In this document: positions 13,259 to 22,714 of the stretch, in pieces
Position numbering within the stretch: the first letter of the stretch is position 1
Layout: each line of letters begins with the position of its first letter
Assembly (NCBI GenBank): GCA_002900535.1
Contig: MUGC01000001.1
Span: forward strand, 1 to 35,238
Direction of reading: 5' to 3'
Length of the DNA: 35,238 nucleotides
Source: Thermoplasmata archaeon M9B1D
GTDB taxonomy: Archaea > Thermoplasmatota > E2 > DHVEG-1
Translations under genes and position numbers: made by a program
The notes under the pieces: generated by a model
What the model was told of the DNA's origin: nothing
The model's database searches: none
The model's input: only the letters and a program-made list of their open reading frames with translations

Positions 13259-14038
13259 TTAATATCCTATTGCAATCCAAGAAGCTGTTAAAGCACCTCC
13301 GCCACCATTCGAATCGTTTCCTAATACAATTTGTGATGTAGACGATGCTGCGCTATCCCAATATATAGTACTACTTCCTGTAAAATAACTTGCTTGAATT
13401 CCTGTAGCTTGTACATTGAATATAGCATTTGGAAAAGTTAAAGGTAAAGTTACTGTAACTTCAGAATCAGTTGCTATTGTTGCAGAAATTCCCCATTGTA
13501 TAATTATTTCATCAAAACCAGCACCAATCCCCACTGGTAATCTCATATATCCATTTGAAGCTCTACTTGTTCCATTAAATAAAGATTTTAAAGCTGTTGC
13601 TACAATCGCTCTTGAGCTATCTGTTCCCGCAATAACTTCTGCATTTGTTGCTATTTCAATAATACCTTTTACAGTAGTGCTTGCATCAGGAACAGTTTGA
13701 CTTACATATAATTTTTCATCTGTGCCCTTTTCAAGCAAATTATCGGCGTCAGAACTTATAAGATTATCGGCATCGGCTTTTAATTTTTGGTCTACAGAAC
13801 TTTTTTCCAGTAAATTATCACTATCAGAACTTATAAGATTATCGGCATCGGCTTTAATCAATCCATTTGTATCATCTTCAAGAAGATTATCGCTATCTTG
13901 CGAAATCATACTTTTCGCTAAATTTCCAACTGTTATTTTTTTTGTGCCATTTGGTGTTAAGTCTGTGACTGTAGGAACTAAATCATCATAATCAACACTT
14001 ACAACAGAATCTAATTCACTTATTTTTTTTTCGCTCAT
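13259..14038 (-). CDS. Tail fibre protein (gp53-like C-terminal domain)
   Basis: TTVKGIIEIATNAEVIAGTDSSRAIVATALKSL is a widespread fibre motif. The C-terminal GYMRLPVG...IIIQWG...VTLPLTFPN is typical of short fibre tips. The protein has internal 25-aa repeats. Confidence 0.75.
   Translation of the reverse strand: MSEKKISELDSVVSVDYDDLVPTVTDLTPNGTKKITVGNLAKSMISQDSDNLLEDDTNGLIKADADNLISSDSDNLLEKSSVDQKLKADADNLISSDADNLLEKGTDEKLYVSQTVPDASTTVKGIIEIATNAEVIAGTDSSRAIVATALKSLFNGTSRASNGYMRLPVGIGAGFDEIIIQWGISATIATDSEVTVTLPLTFPNAIFNVQATGIQASYFTGSSTIYWDSAASSTSQIVLGNDSNGGGGALTASWIAIGY
13706..13855. repeat. 75-nt in-frame tandem duplication inside the fibre gene
   Basis: tcagaacttataagattatcggcatcggcttt occurs at 13749-13779 and 13824-13854. 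The units encode KADADNLISSDSDNLLEKSSVDQKL and KADADNLISSDADNLLEKGTDEKL. Confidence 0.9.
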
Positions 14039-14062
14039 TTAAAACCTCAAAAAAGGGGATTA

Positions 14063-14821
14063 TTAAGCTACAGATGCAAGTCTTACATCAACTTCTCCGC
14101 TATTTGCCAATATATCAATTTTTAAATAAACCTTTAAAAATATCTCTTCATTGACAGCGAGTTGCTGTTCAGCCAAAGGTATAAATTCATCTTCATATTT
14201 ATCGTCAAGTCTAACTTCTTGAGTGATTGTTTGAAGAAGAGTAGTATCAGGAGTCAAAACTCCACCCGATTTTGTTGCTCCATACATTTCATATTTAATA
14301 GAAATTAGAGAAACTGCACCGTCAAGAGTAGCACCTGATAAAGTAGCATCGCCATCAAAAGCAATTGAAAACTCTTCACCTTCTGCGCCTACTTCATCAT
14401 AAGTAATTGTTAAAGTGTCTACTCCGTCTTCAGTATAAGTAGCCTTTGCGACATCTTCATCAGTTGAAGCATTTAAAACAGCTATGATATTGTCCAAAGT
14501 TCCCGGCAAATCGCCACCTATATTAATTTGATTTCCAGTAGCTCCGCTTGCAACAAAAGTGAATGCGACACCGTTTATTGTAAGGATTTCGTCAGCGCTA
14601 GGATTATCAGTAAAGGCTATTGTACCTGTTGCCTGATGTTGTAAATCCAAATCTTTAGGCATAAGTCCAGCTTTTACTTTATCACCACCAGCTAATAAAT
14701 AACCTGCTCCATAAGCTCCGTCTGTATTTCCTAATACATAAGATGTAGTTAAAGTTTGGTCTTCTGCGCATACGTCTTCTTGAGAACTCCAAACTTTTTT
14801 ATAATTAACTTTTTTTAACAT
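14063..14821 (-). CDS. Capsid-adjacent protein (decoration/head-fibre candidate) carrying a domain shared with the tail-tip protein
   Basis: 252 aa, immediately downstream of the major capsid gene. Residues ~64-171 align without gaps to residues ~281-388 of the 1046-aa protein. Confidence 0.7.
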   Translation of the reverse strand: MLKKVNYKKVWSSQEDVCAEDQTLTTSYVLGNTDGAYGAGYLLAGGDKVKAGLMPKDLDLQHQATGTIAFTDNPSADEILTINGVAFTFVASGATGNQINIGGDLPGTLDNIIAVLNASTDEDVAKATYTEDGVDTLTITYDEVGAEGEEFSIAFDGDATLSGATLDGAVSLISIKYEMYGATKSGGVLTPDTTLLQTITQEVRLDDKYEDEFIPLAEQQLAVNEEIFLKVYLKIDILANSGEVDVRLASVA

Positions 14822-14839
14822 ATTTTTCCTTTATTTTAA

Positions 14840-15832
14840 TTATTCGTCACTAACAGTTATTACGTCTTGTTCCTTTAACATTTGTCTTGATTTAATCAAA
14901 ACAGCTTCATTAAATACGTCATATCTTGTATTAAAAGCTTTATCTTCTGGTCTCATTTCAAGTTTATCAGTTTTAATTTCATTGATAACCTTTCTTAAGT
15001 CATTATGATAATGCATTGTGATAGCTGTAGCGTCTTCAGGATAACAAGCCTCTAAAGCATCTTCCATTAATTTTCTTAAATCAGAAGAAGAAACATTAAT
15101 AGGAATATTGACAATAGCTGTAATTTTACGTGGGTCATTTAAAAGAGAATCTATAGCTGTATCATACAACATAACTTTTCCATATTGTTTGAATAATGTG
15201 CTATCCTCTGTATATGAACCAATTTCAACTAATGAACCATTAGCAACTAAATCTTTTCTAAAAATAGAAACATCATTTGTAATCATTGGATTCATTGCTG
15301 GATTATATAACATATTAATTTTGCCTTGTTTCCAAGCTACAAAAATTATATTATACATTTCTCCGTCAGTAGTTCCACCGGCATCAAATAATTTAGCTCC
15401 TAAATTTGTACCATAAAAATCTTTTCTATGATTGTCTTTAGCGAAATCTAAAAATTTTGTATATTGTTCAACTTCAAATGATTTTGCCGATTCATTTCCG
15501 ATTAATTCTTCATTTTCCATAATATGATTCATTAATTGTTCAACTGATAAATCATTAACTAAATCATTTGACATAGTATATTTATATGAAAATGGAACTA
15601 ATTGAAGTTGTTCACTAATTCTTTTTACGTCTTCTTCAGCATAACCGCCAGCAACACGTCTCCGAACTGGTTGACCTATACTGATTATTTTTCCGTATTT
15701 ATGCATTTTACCGTTATTTGTTGGACTTGCTGGTGCAAAATCAAATAAAGGAGTTGTATTCATAAATGCGTTTATAAAACCATGTTGCTCCTTAGCAAAA
15801 TTGATTCTTCTTAAAGTATTGTAATTTGGCAT
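14840..15832 (-). CDS. Major capsid protein (by position)
   Basis: 330-aa ORF directly after the scaffold-like gene and MuF/portal. No motif-level proof. Confidence 0.7.
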   Translation of the reverse strand: MPNYNTLRRINFAKEQHGFINAFMNTTPLFDFAPASPTNNGKMHKYGKIISIGQPVRRRVAGGYAEEDVKRISEQLQLVPFSYKYTMSNDLVNDLSVEQLMNHIMENEELIGNESAKSFEVEQYTKFLDFAKDNHRKDFYGTNLGAKLFDAGGTTDGEMYNIIFVAWKQGKINMLYNPAMNPMITNDVSIFRKDLVANGSLVEIGSYTEDSTLFKQYGKVMLYDTAIDSLLNDPRKITAIVNIPINVSSSDLRKLMEDALEACYPEDATAITMHYHNDLRKVINEIKTDKLEMRPEDKAFNTRYDVFNEAVLIKSRQMLKEQDVITVSDE

Positions 15833-15849
15833 TTTTTTTCCTTTTGTAA

Positions 15850-16428
15850 TTAATTATTTTTTAATTTTTTTGCAATATCCAAATTTAGATTTTTTTCATC
15901 TTTTGGATTTTTTGGGTCGGGTGTATTTTTGTCTACTTCTTTTAATTTAGTCAGTTTAAATTCTTCAAGTTTAGAGTTTGAATATTTTTCTTTTTCTCTA
16001 TCAAAAATTTCTTTAATTTTTGTAGCCATTTTAGAAAAATTTTGACAATCAACAATCTCTTCCCATTCATTTGCATTTAATTCACAATTTTCAAAAGCCT
16101 TCCGAAAAACTTCTTTTTTCTCATAAAGCTTAACTTTGTTCTGTAAAATTTCATTTTGCTCTTTTGCAGTCTTACCTTCTAAAGCTTTTTTTTCTTGTTC
16201 TGTTTTAATATCTTGCAAAGTTTCTGATAAAACTTTGTTTTGTTCTAAAACTTTTTGATTTTGCTCTAAAAGTTCTGAAATTTTTTTATCTTGTCCAGCT
16301 TTTACTTTTTTAAGTTCTTCTAAAGTTTCGGTGTTCTTATTATCACCACCTTGCTTTTTGTCTTCAGTTTCATTCTTGATGTTTGCAGAATCGCCACCAT
16401 CGGAAGCACCTGTTTTATCTTTACTCAT
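15850..16428 (-). CDS. Scaffolding protein (by composition and position)
   Basis: 192 aa, highly charged K/E/Q-rich and helical. It lies between the MuF-like and capsid genes. Confidence 0.65.
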   Translation of the reverse strand: MSKDKTGASDGGDSANIKNETEDKKQGGDNKNTETLEELKKVKAGQDKKISELLEQNQKVLEQNKVLSETLQDIKTEQEKKALEGKTAKEQNEILQNKVKLYEKKEVFRKAFENCELNANEWEEIVDCQNFSKMATKIKEIFDREKEKYSNSKLEEFKLTKLKEVDKNTPDPKNPKDEKNLNLDIAKKLKNN

Positions 16429-16470
16429 ATAATAACCTTTTTAAAATTAATAAGTCAATAAATTATTTCA

Positions 16471-16499
16471 AATATGGCATATATAACATATTAAGTCAA
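16471..16499 (-). promoter_or_regulatory. Possible internal promoter ahead of scaffold/capsid genes
   Basis: On the minus strand: TTGACT (16499-16494), 17-nt spacer, CATATT (16476-16471), in a 74-nt intergenic gap. Confidence 0.3.
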
Positions 16500-16502
16500 A
16501 TC

Positions 16503-17357
16503 TTATAAGAAAATAATTATAGTTGTTTCTCTATCATTAATAGACCATTTCGCAGGAGCTAATCCATGTTTATAAAACTGTCCATTTGGATACTTAAAAG
16601 TTCCATTTTTTGTACTTATTTGTTTATTCATTTGAATTGATTGAGGACGAGTTCTATTGTCCAATGTTGAAATCATTTGTATTCTAACATTGCCAAAACC
16701 ATTAGCCTTTAATTCTTCAAATCTTTTATATTGTTGTAAAGATGCCATGCGCATACTTTCTGTTCTTGCTATTCTATAAGTACGATAAATATGGCCGTTT
16801 GTTCTCGTCAATTTGCCTTCTTTTAAGAGATTTAAAGTTTTTCTTGTGATTTTTCCGTGTCTGTCTCTAAAACCAAATTCAATATCTAATAATTTTGTTG
16901 TTTTTTCTATAGAAAATCCTTTATCTAAAGAATTTTCAATTATTTTTGTTGTTCTTAAAGCTAAATTTTTACTTCTTTTTAAAATTGATTTATTACTTAA
17001 AATATGATTAGTTATTCTAAATTCATAAGTTGTTGGAAATTTTTTTAAATTATCTATTTTTAAAAAAGTTAATTTTCTTTTTAGTGTATTTTCTATTAAA
17101 AATTTGCTTTCAATTGATGATTGATTATAGGAATTTAAAATTGATTTTTTTATTTTTTTAAACATATTGAAATATTTTGAAATAATTATTTTTTCAATTT
17201 GTCTAATTTGAATTTTAGACATATTAGGTTTCAATCTTTTTCTAATTAATCTTCTTATTTCTGATATAGTTTTAAAAGATAAAATATTTATTAACGCTAT
17301 TCTTTCTATCTCTTTTTTTCTTATCTCTTTTTGTTCTTTCTTTTTTGGAGTTAGCAT
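16503..17357 (-). CDS. Head morphogenesis protein, Mu F / SPP1 gp7 family
   Basis: YRTYRIARTESMRMASLQQY...STLDNRTRPQSIQMNKQ fits the Phage_Mu_F domain. It lies directly downstream of the portal gene. Confidence 0.8.
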   Translation of the reverse strand: MLTPKKKEQKEIRKKEIERIALINILSFKTISEIRRLIRKRLKPNMSKIQIRQIEKIIISKYFNMFKKIKKSILNSYNQSSIESKFLIENTLKRKLTFLKIDNLKKFPTTYEFRITNHILSNKSILKRSKNLALRTTKIIENSLDKGFSIEKTTKLLDIEFGFRDRHGKITRKTLNLLKEGKLTRTNGHIYRTYRIARTESMRMASLQQYKRFEELKANGFGNVRIQMISTLDNRTRPQSIQMNKQISTKNGTFKYPNGQFYKHGLAPAKWSINDRETTIIIFL

Positions 17358-18739
17358 TATAAATTTTCATTATCTAAATCAGGTAAACTATCCATAGCTT
17401 CTTTTTCTGATAATTTCGCCAATTCTTCTGCTTTATCTTCGGAATAACCGGAACGTCTAAATATCTCTTTTTGTGGTAATCTTCCCCCAGCCCTTAAAAT
17501 AGCTTCTAAATCTGCAAGTTCATCTTTTGGCTTATTTCTTGGGAATTCGTAATTTATTTCAAAAGTATCATATTCAGAAATAGAATTTACATCAAGTCCA
17601 GTCCAATAGCTCTTTAAAAGTTCATCTAATTCCTGTAAACTTTTTTTCCATTCCATTTCGGTATTTTTAGAATCATTTTCAAGAAGTCTAAATAATTGAT
17701 TTATTTGAAAGGCTGTAGCATTTTTTAAAGTACTTAAAGCTTTTGGGTCAATGCTCGAAGAAACGACCCAAATTCCATTCCAAACATATTCTAAAACAAG
17801 CTTAACAAATTCGGGATTAATATCTTTAGTAATAAATTTTGCTTCAGAATTTTCGGAATCAGCGATTATCACGCCAGTTTTTTCCATTTCTTTTTTGGTC
17901 TTTTCGTCAATAAGTCCCATATTTTTTAATAATAAATATGCTTGTCTGAAAGTAGCCGATTCAGTAGAATTATCGCTCGCCAATCTATCCCATGTATCAA
18001 GCAAAGTAATAGCTTTTTCACTATTTCCTCTACATTTATTATTATTTTTCCATTCAATTACAGGATTTTTAGTAAAGCCATGCGGACTTTGTTTAGATAA
18101 AATTATAGAATTGTTTGTTTGTTTGTTTTTTGATTTTTTATATGTATATTCATATACATTGGTATTATCATAAATCCATATTATTTTATCTTTATCTTCA
18201 TCTTTTTCATAAGAATAAATTACAGAATATAATTTCTCGTCTGTTTTTTTATCTTTTATAATTAAACAATTATAATTTTTGATTTCTTTGATTTTAACTC
18301 CACCATTATATAAAAAATTTAATGTGTATGTATTTCCTGTTGCTGATACATTTTCCATTAAAGTTTTTAGAAATGATTTGGTATAATTTATTCTATCAAA
18401 TTCTTTATATTTATTTTTAACTTCATCTTTAATATTTTCACTATAAACTCTTGTAATATCCCCGCCTAAATATCCGGCTTTTGTATTAGCAATTAAAGAA
18501 AATAAATCAAATGACATTTTAATATTTGGGTCAGCATCAGTAATTTTTTCTCTAACCAAAATAGGAACACCATCAGCTTTTTTGGGGTCGTCCCATTCAA
18601 ATTTACTTGCTTTTTTTCCTTCAAGACGTCTATTTTGTCCCCATTTTTCACAATCAAATTCTCTTTTATCATCAATTGTTCTTATTATTAAATCAGTATT
18701 TATTTTTATTTTTTTTGCTTTTTTATCCATAAAAATCAA
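17357..18739 (-). CDS. Portal protein (SPP1 gp6-like)
   Basis: 460 aa. NPVIEWKNNNKCRGNSEKAITLLDTWDRLASDNSTESATFRQAYLLLKNMG matches the gp6-type portal core pattern. A MuF-like gene follows. Confidence 0.85.
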   Translation of the reverse strand: MIFMDKKAKKIKINTDLIIRTIDDKREFDCEKWGQNRRLEGKKASKFEWDDPKKADGVPILVREKITDADPNIKMSFDLFSLIANTKAGYLGGDITRVYSENIKDEVKNKYKEFDRINYTKSFLKTLMENVSATGNTYTLNFLYNGGVKIKEIKNYNCLIIKDKKTDEKLYSVIYSYEKDEDKDKIIWIYDNTNVYEYTYKKSKNKQTNNSIILSKQSPHGFTKNPVIEWKNNNKCRGNSEKAITLLDTWDRLASDNSTESATFRQAYLLLKNMGLIDEKTKKEMEKTGVIIADSENSEAKFITKDINPEFVKLVLEYVWNGIWVVSSSIDPKALSTLKNATAFQINQLFRLLENDSKNTEMEWKKSLQELDELLKSYWTGLDVNSISEYDTFEINYEFPRNKPKDELADLEAILRAGGRLPQKEIFRRSGYSEDKAEELAKLSEKEAMDSLPDLDNENL

Positions 18740-21700
18740 GCCTCCCTTGCAGTAATTGTAGCCGTTAAATCTTCATTATATCTAATATTTATAATAACAC
18801 ATTCAAATATAGGATTAACACCTATATCAAAAATATCTCCCTTATAATAAAAATCTTCAGAAATGCCTTTTATCATACCAGCACCTCTAATATTTCCATC
18901 ATAAGCAATAGGTGATATTTCAATTTCATCTTTAAAACCATCATTTAATACATTAAAAACTTTAATTTGTGGAATTTCATTTGTAAAGTCTAAAGAACGA
19001 ATTGTTATTTGAGAATTTTTTTCAATTTGAATAAATGAATAAAGTTTAAATCCTATTAAATTCCCACCACTTAAAATAAGTTCTTTAATCAATCCAGTAC
19101 TTTCTTTCTCTAAATCACATGTATTAGAAATATAAATCCTATCATAAAGTTTTAAACTTAAAGCTTCTAAATTAACAGAAAATTCAAATACATTTCTTTT
19201 TTCTTGAATCAATTTTAAAGCATAAGTTCCTAATTTAATAACAGAAGATTTATCAGTTAAAAATTGATAATCAGTTTTTATAATTTGATAATCAACATCA
19301 CTTGTGCCAGATTTTGGTATTTGATAAACATTATCATCATAATAATATAAAGTTATTTCATCTTCTGAATAATCATCATTATTTATAAATCCAATTCTCA
19401 AAGCATCTGTTAATCTTCCAATTTGTGGAGTCCATTTAAAATTGAAAGAATTATGTTGATTAAATAAATCAATTGGTTCTTTTGAAGGGTTATCAATTAC
19501 AAAATAATATTTTCCGTTATAAAAAGTAAATGAAGCTTGACAATTTGATAATAAAGTTTGAATTAATTCTAAAATTTTAAATTGTTCTGATATAATTCCA
19601 TCAACATAATAATCTTCAGTTTCACACCAATTATATAATTCTACAAGAGAATCATTATCAATGCTATCAATGCTTTCAGCACGAGGGTTTATTAAATCAT
19701 TTGTGAGTAAATCTCTTATTATACTTGCAGGATTACGAGTTTCTGCTGTTGTAGACCAATTTGTGCCATCCCAAATGGGCAATTCTGATTTAGCCAAATA
19801 ATTATATTGTCTTAATGTACCTGATAATGAGCCATAAGCTATCGCTTCAACTGAAATTTGGTTTACATTAGGTAAAATTGTTTCATCAATTACATCTCCA
19901 TCGACATAAAAATTAAATTCACTTAAAACAGGATAACCAATATCAAAATTTGTTTTTTCATACAAATCCGCCGATGAAACCTTTATTGTATATTTATCTT
20001 TTGTTAAAGTCATTCCTATTGTTCTAAAAAATAATTCGTCAGCTTGATTTATATTATCAGGTGGACTAAAAGAAACTATTGCTCCGTTCACAGTGGTTGT
20101 CGAGGAAGATAAAGGTTGTTTATTCCCATTAATATCTCTTACATATAAAGTTGCTGTATCTATATCCTGAAAAGACCCTGATTGTGTTTTATATTTAACA
20201 TTAATTGACGCAATTCTCGACTCTCTTCCCCCATCGCTTTTTTGTTTATAAAGACCAACTGGAAAAGCGATTATTATATCTATATCTGTTGTATCATCAG
20301 GGCTTGTCTCAAGAACTTCTGAAACAACACCTATATATTTATTTATAGGATTATTTATTGTGTAAGAATCATTGAATAAATCTGTTGTCAATTCTTCTTC
20401 AACAATTTCTACTTCAAGACCATCTTCAACTTCTTCAGGCAAAATCCTTGTGTCTGTCGTAGCAAAAAATCTTGTCTCAATTATTCCTGAAATATTTTGA
20501 GTCCAAGTTTTTGTTCCTATGTATCGATAAGTTGTACCTCCTACTAAAACTAAATCACCGAATTCTATTAAATATGTTTGTGATAAAGTAATTTCTGATG
20601 GAGTCGGCAAAGTATCATCTAAAATATCAACTTCAATTTTAAAATTTTTATCACTAAAATTTGAACTATCAACATTTGTAAATTCTAAAATAAAATCATA
20701 TTGTAAATAAGTAGAAACTCCGCCGGTCATTTGAGTAACTAAATAACCATCTGGCAAATTTGCGTCAAGAGTGAATTCGTTTCCTTCCGCTCCCTTAGAA
20801 TCATAAATAATTATTAAAGTATCTGAACCATTATTTGAATAAGTTGCAGGGGTTACAAGAGGATTAGTTGAAGCATTTAAAACCGCTACTGTGTTATTTA
20901 ACGCAGTTAATAAAGTTGTACCTATTGCAATTTCAGTCGGACTTCCAGCAGTAACAACATAAGTAAAAACAACACCGTTTATAGTAATTGTCGAACCCAC
21001 ATTCGGTTTTATACCATACCAAATAGATCCTTGAGCATAACCTTCAACATTTTGATTATAAACTTCATTTGAAATTTCAAAAACTTCTTGTGTAATATCA
21101 ACTGATAATTGCTCTTCTCGTGGAACAGGTTTGACATTATCAAAACCTATAAAAGAACTTCCACCATAAGATTTATTTATATCTAAAAAATTACTGGAAT
21201 AAGACCCAACATTTGTCTCTCCAATTTTTTCATTATAAATATTAACATTATCATAATTTGATATAAAGTATTGTCTATATTTATTAGTAGATGAACCATC
21301 AGCAATAAGCCTATATGGATATTGCGCATAAAAAGGAGTTTGTATAGTTTCACCAAAAACATAAGGTAAAATTGATTTTGAAATCGTATTACTTGCTCCT
21401 TTAATTTCTGGTGGTTGAGATGTACCTTGACCTTCTTGAGGCGAAATTCTAAAAGATGGAGGTTTTATAGGAAACAATAATTTTGTTAAAGCAGAAACAG
21501 AACCGCCAATTATCAAACCAGCACCTATTTGTGTCAAAATGGGATTTCCTGTTGCGATTCCCGCAACAACTAAAACAGCACCAACAACAATTGTAAAGAC
21601 ATCAGCGACAAAATCTCCTTCAGGAGATTTAATATATTCACAAATATCACCTTCTTTTAATCTATATCTTGATTTTTTCTTTTTTCCATTTACATAAACA

Positions 21701-21876
21701 AATTTTAATTCTTCTTTTGTAAATAATTTTTTTAATTTTATTCCAGCACATCGTTTTCCTTTTATTTTTTCATTTAAAAGAACCTTTTCACGAAAAAAAA
21801 CAATTCCTCGTGGTCTTCTTAAAATAAATCTTTTTATTTCACTAAAAAAATATAAAATTTCATCAATTATATACAT
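18736..21876 (-). CDS. Fused tail assembly protein I-like / host specificity protein J-like central tail fibre
   Basis: Residues ~1-185 parallel lambda gpI (FTIVVGAVLVVAGIATG...GAGLIIGG...LFPIKPP...ILPYVFGET). The C-terminal part parallels gpJ (IWDGTNW...NPASIIRDLLTN...LYNWCE...). Confidence 0.8.
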   Translation of the reverse strand: MYIIDEILYFFSEIKRFILRRPRGIVFFREKVLLNEKIKGKRCAGIKLKKLFTKEELKFVYVNGKKKKSRYRLKEGDICEYIKSPEGDFVADVFTIVVGAVLVVAGIATGNPILTQIGAGLIIGGSVSALTKLLFPIKPPSFRISPQEGQGTSQPPEIKGASNTISKSILPYVFGETIQTPFYAQYPYRLIADGSSTNKYRQYFISNYDNVNIYNEKIGETNVGSYSSNFLDINKSYGGSSFIGFDNVKPVPREEQLSVDITQEVFEISNEVYNQNVEGYAQGSIWYGIKPNVGSTITINGVVFTYVVTAGSPTEIAIGTTLLTALNNTVAVLNASTNPLVTPATYSNNGSDTLIIIYDSKGAEGNEFTLDANLPDGYLVTQMTGGVSTYLQYDFILEFTNVDSSNFSDKNFKIEVDILDDTLPTPSEITLSQTYLIEFGDLVLVGGTTYRYIGTKTWTQNISGIIETRFFATTDTRILPEEVEDGLEVEIVEEELTTDLFNDSYTINNPINKYIGVVSEVLETSPDDTTDIDIIIAFPVGLYKQKSDGGRESRIASINVKYKTQSGSFQDIDTATLYVRDINGNKQPLSSSTTTVNGAIVSFSPPDNINQADELFFRTIGMTLTKDKYTIKVSSADLYEKTNFDIGYPVLSEFNFYVDGDVIDETILPNVNQISVEAIAYGSLSGTLRQYNYLAKSELPIWDGTNWSTTAETRNPASIIRDLLTNDLINPRAESIDSIDNDSLVELYNWCETEDYYVDGIISEQFKILELIQTLLSNCQASFTFYNGKYYFVIDNPSKEPIDLFNQHNSFNFKWTPQIGRLTDALRIGFINNDDYSEDEITLYYYDDNVYQIPKSGTSDVDYQIIKTDYQFLTDKSSVIKLGTYALKLIQEKRNVFEFSVNLEALSLKLYDRIYISNTCDLEKESTGLIKELILSGGNLIGFKLYSFIQIEKNSQITIRSLDFTNEIPQIKVFNVLNDGFKDEIEISPIAYDGNIRGAGMIKGISEDFYYKGDIFDIGVNPIFECVIINIRYNEDLTATITAREA

Positions 21877-22223
21877 TTAACCCCCTTTATATAATAAAAT
21901 TTACAATATCTATCGGGAATTTTATTTATTTTTGTACCTAAAATTGTCCTATGAATATATTTATTATTTCCTACACAATAACCTATATGTTCATTAATTC
22001 CGCTTTTATGCACAATACAAGTTTTTTTTGGTTCTTTTATTTCTTCAAATAATAAATTAGCTCTTAAATGTTTAGCGAAATCTTTTTCATTTCCTTCTAT
22101 TACAAAAGGATATTTTGGTAAATCTATATTATGTTCTTCTTTAAAAATATCTTGAATAAGAGTCCAGCAATCACATTTGCCGAGTTCATATTTTTTATTA
22201 AAATGTTTCAAATAATTTTTCAT
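21867..22223 (-). CDS. Tail tip protein K-like, NlpC/P60 peptidase fold
   Basis: 118 aa with candidate Cys/His/His residues at GKCDCWTLIQDIF, NEHIGYCVG and KYIHRT. It occupies the position of lambda K. Confidence 0.7.
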   Translation of the reverse strand: MKNYLKHFNKKYELGKCDCWTLIQDIFKEEHNIDLPKYPFVIEGNEKDFAKHLRANLLFEEIKEPKKTCIVHKSGINEHIGYCVGNNKYIHRTILGTKINKIPDRYCKFYYIKGVKCI

Positions 22224-22714
22224 AAGTATAAATTTGGAAATAAATTTTTATTATATCTTATTGTGCCTATATTATAACCTATTGACAATATAAGATTGAT
22301 ACCTAAATTAATTTGCGTTTTATCAATATCTAAACTAATAACTTCAAAAGTTCCTCTATCATATTTTTCAGAAATTAAATTGCCCGATGTATCTCTTTCT
22401 ATATGAGCCAAATATATTTTACATTGTATATTTTTATTTTTATAAGAACTTTTAACCGCTTCTCTTATTTTATAAGTTAATTGTCTATCAATATTCGCTA
22501 TACCTATAGAAGTTCCAGAATTTTCACCTTGCGTATTGAAAAGCAATTTAAAAGGTAATCCTAAATATTCATTACTATCAATTGTGATAGTTTTATTATT
22601 ATTTATAAATCTATAAGTTTCCAACCAAGAAGAATGGGAAAATTCAAGCAAAATATATAAACCTCTGCCTAAATATCTACTATATGCTGATTTTTTTAAT
22701 TCAAATTCGCTCAT
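22220..22714 (-). CDS. Minor tail protein L-like
   Basis: 164 aa, the second gene after the tape measure. EYLGLPFKLLFNTQGENSG..IGIANIDRQ resembles the gpL/DUF1833-type pattern. Confidence 0.5.
   Translation of the reverse strand: MSEFELKKSAYSRYLGRGLYILLEFSHSSWLETYRFINNNKTITIDSNEYLGLPFKLLFNTQGENSGTSIGIANIDRQLTYKIREAVKSSYKNKNIQCKIYLAHIERDTSGNLISEKYDRGTFEVISLDIDKTQINLGINLILSIGYNIGTIRYNKNLFPNLYL

Noticed and set aside
16429-16458. A second TTGACT promoter candidate ahead of the scaffold gene.
   Set aside because: Its best -10 (TATTAT, 16434-16429) abuts the scaffold ATG at 16428. A transcript from it would therefore start inside the coding sequence and lack the start codon.
14309-21036. Diversity-generating retroelement (template/variable repeat pair), suggested by the two related ~320-nt segments.
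   Set aside because: There is no reverse transcriptase ORF anywhere in the window. The copies differ at all base types and at about 58% of residues, not specifically at adenines. Both are ordinary coding domains.
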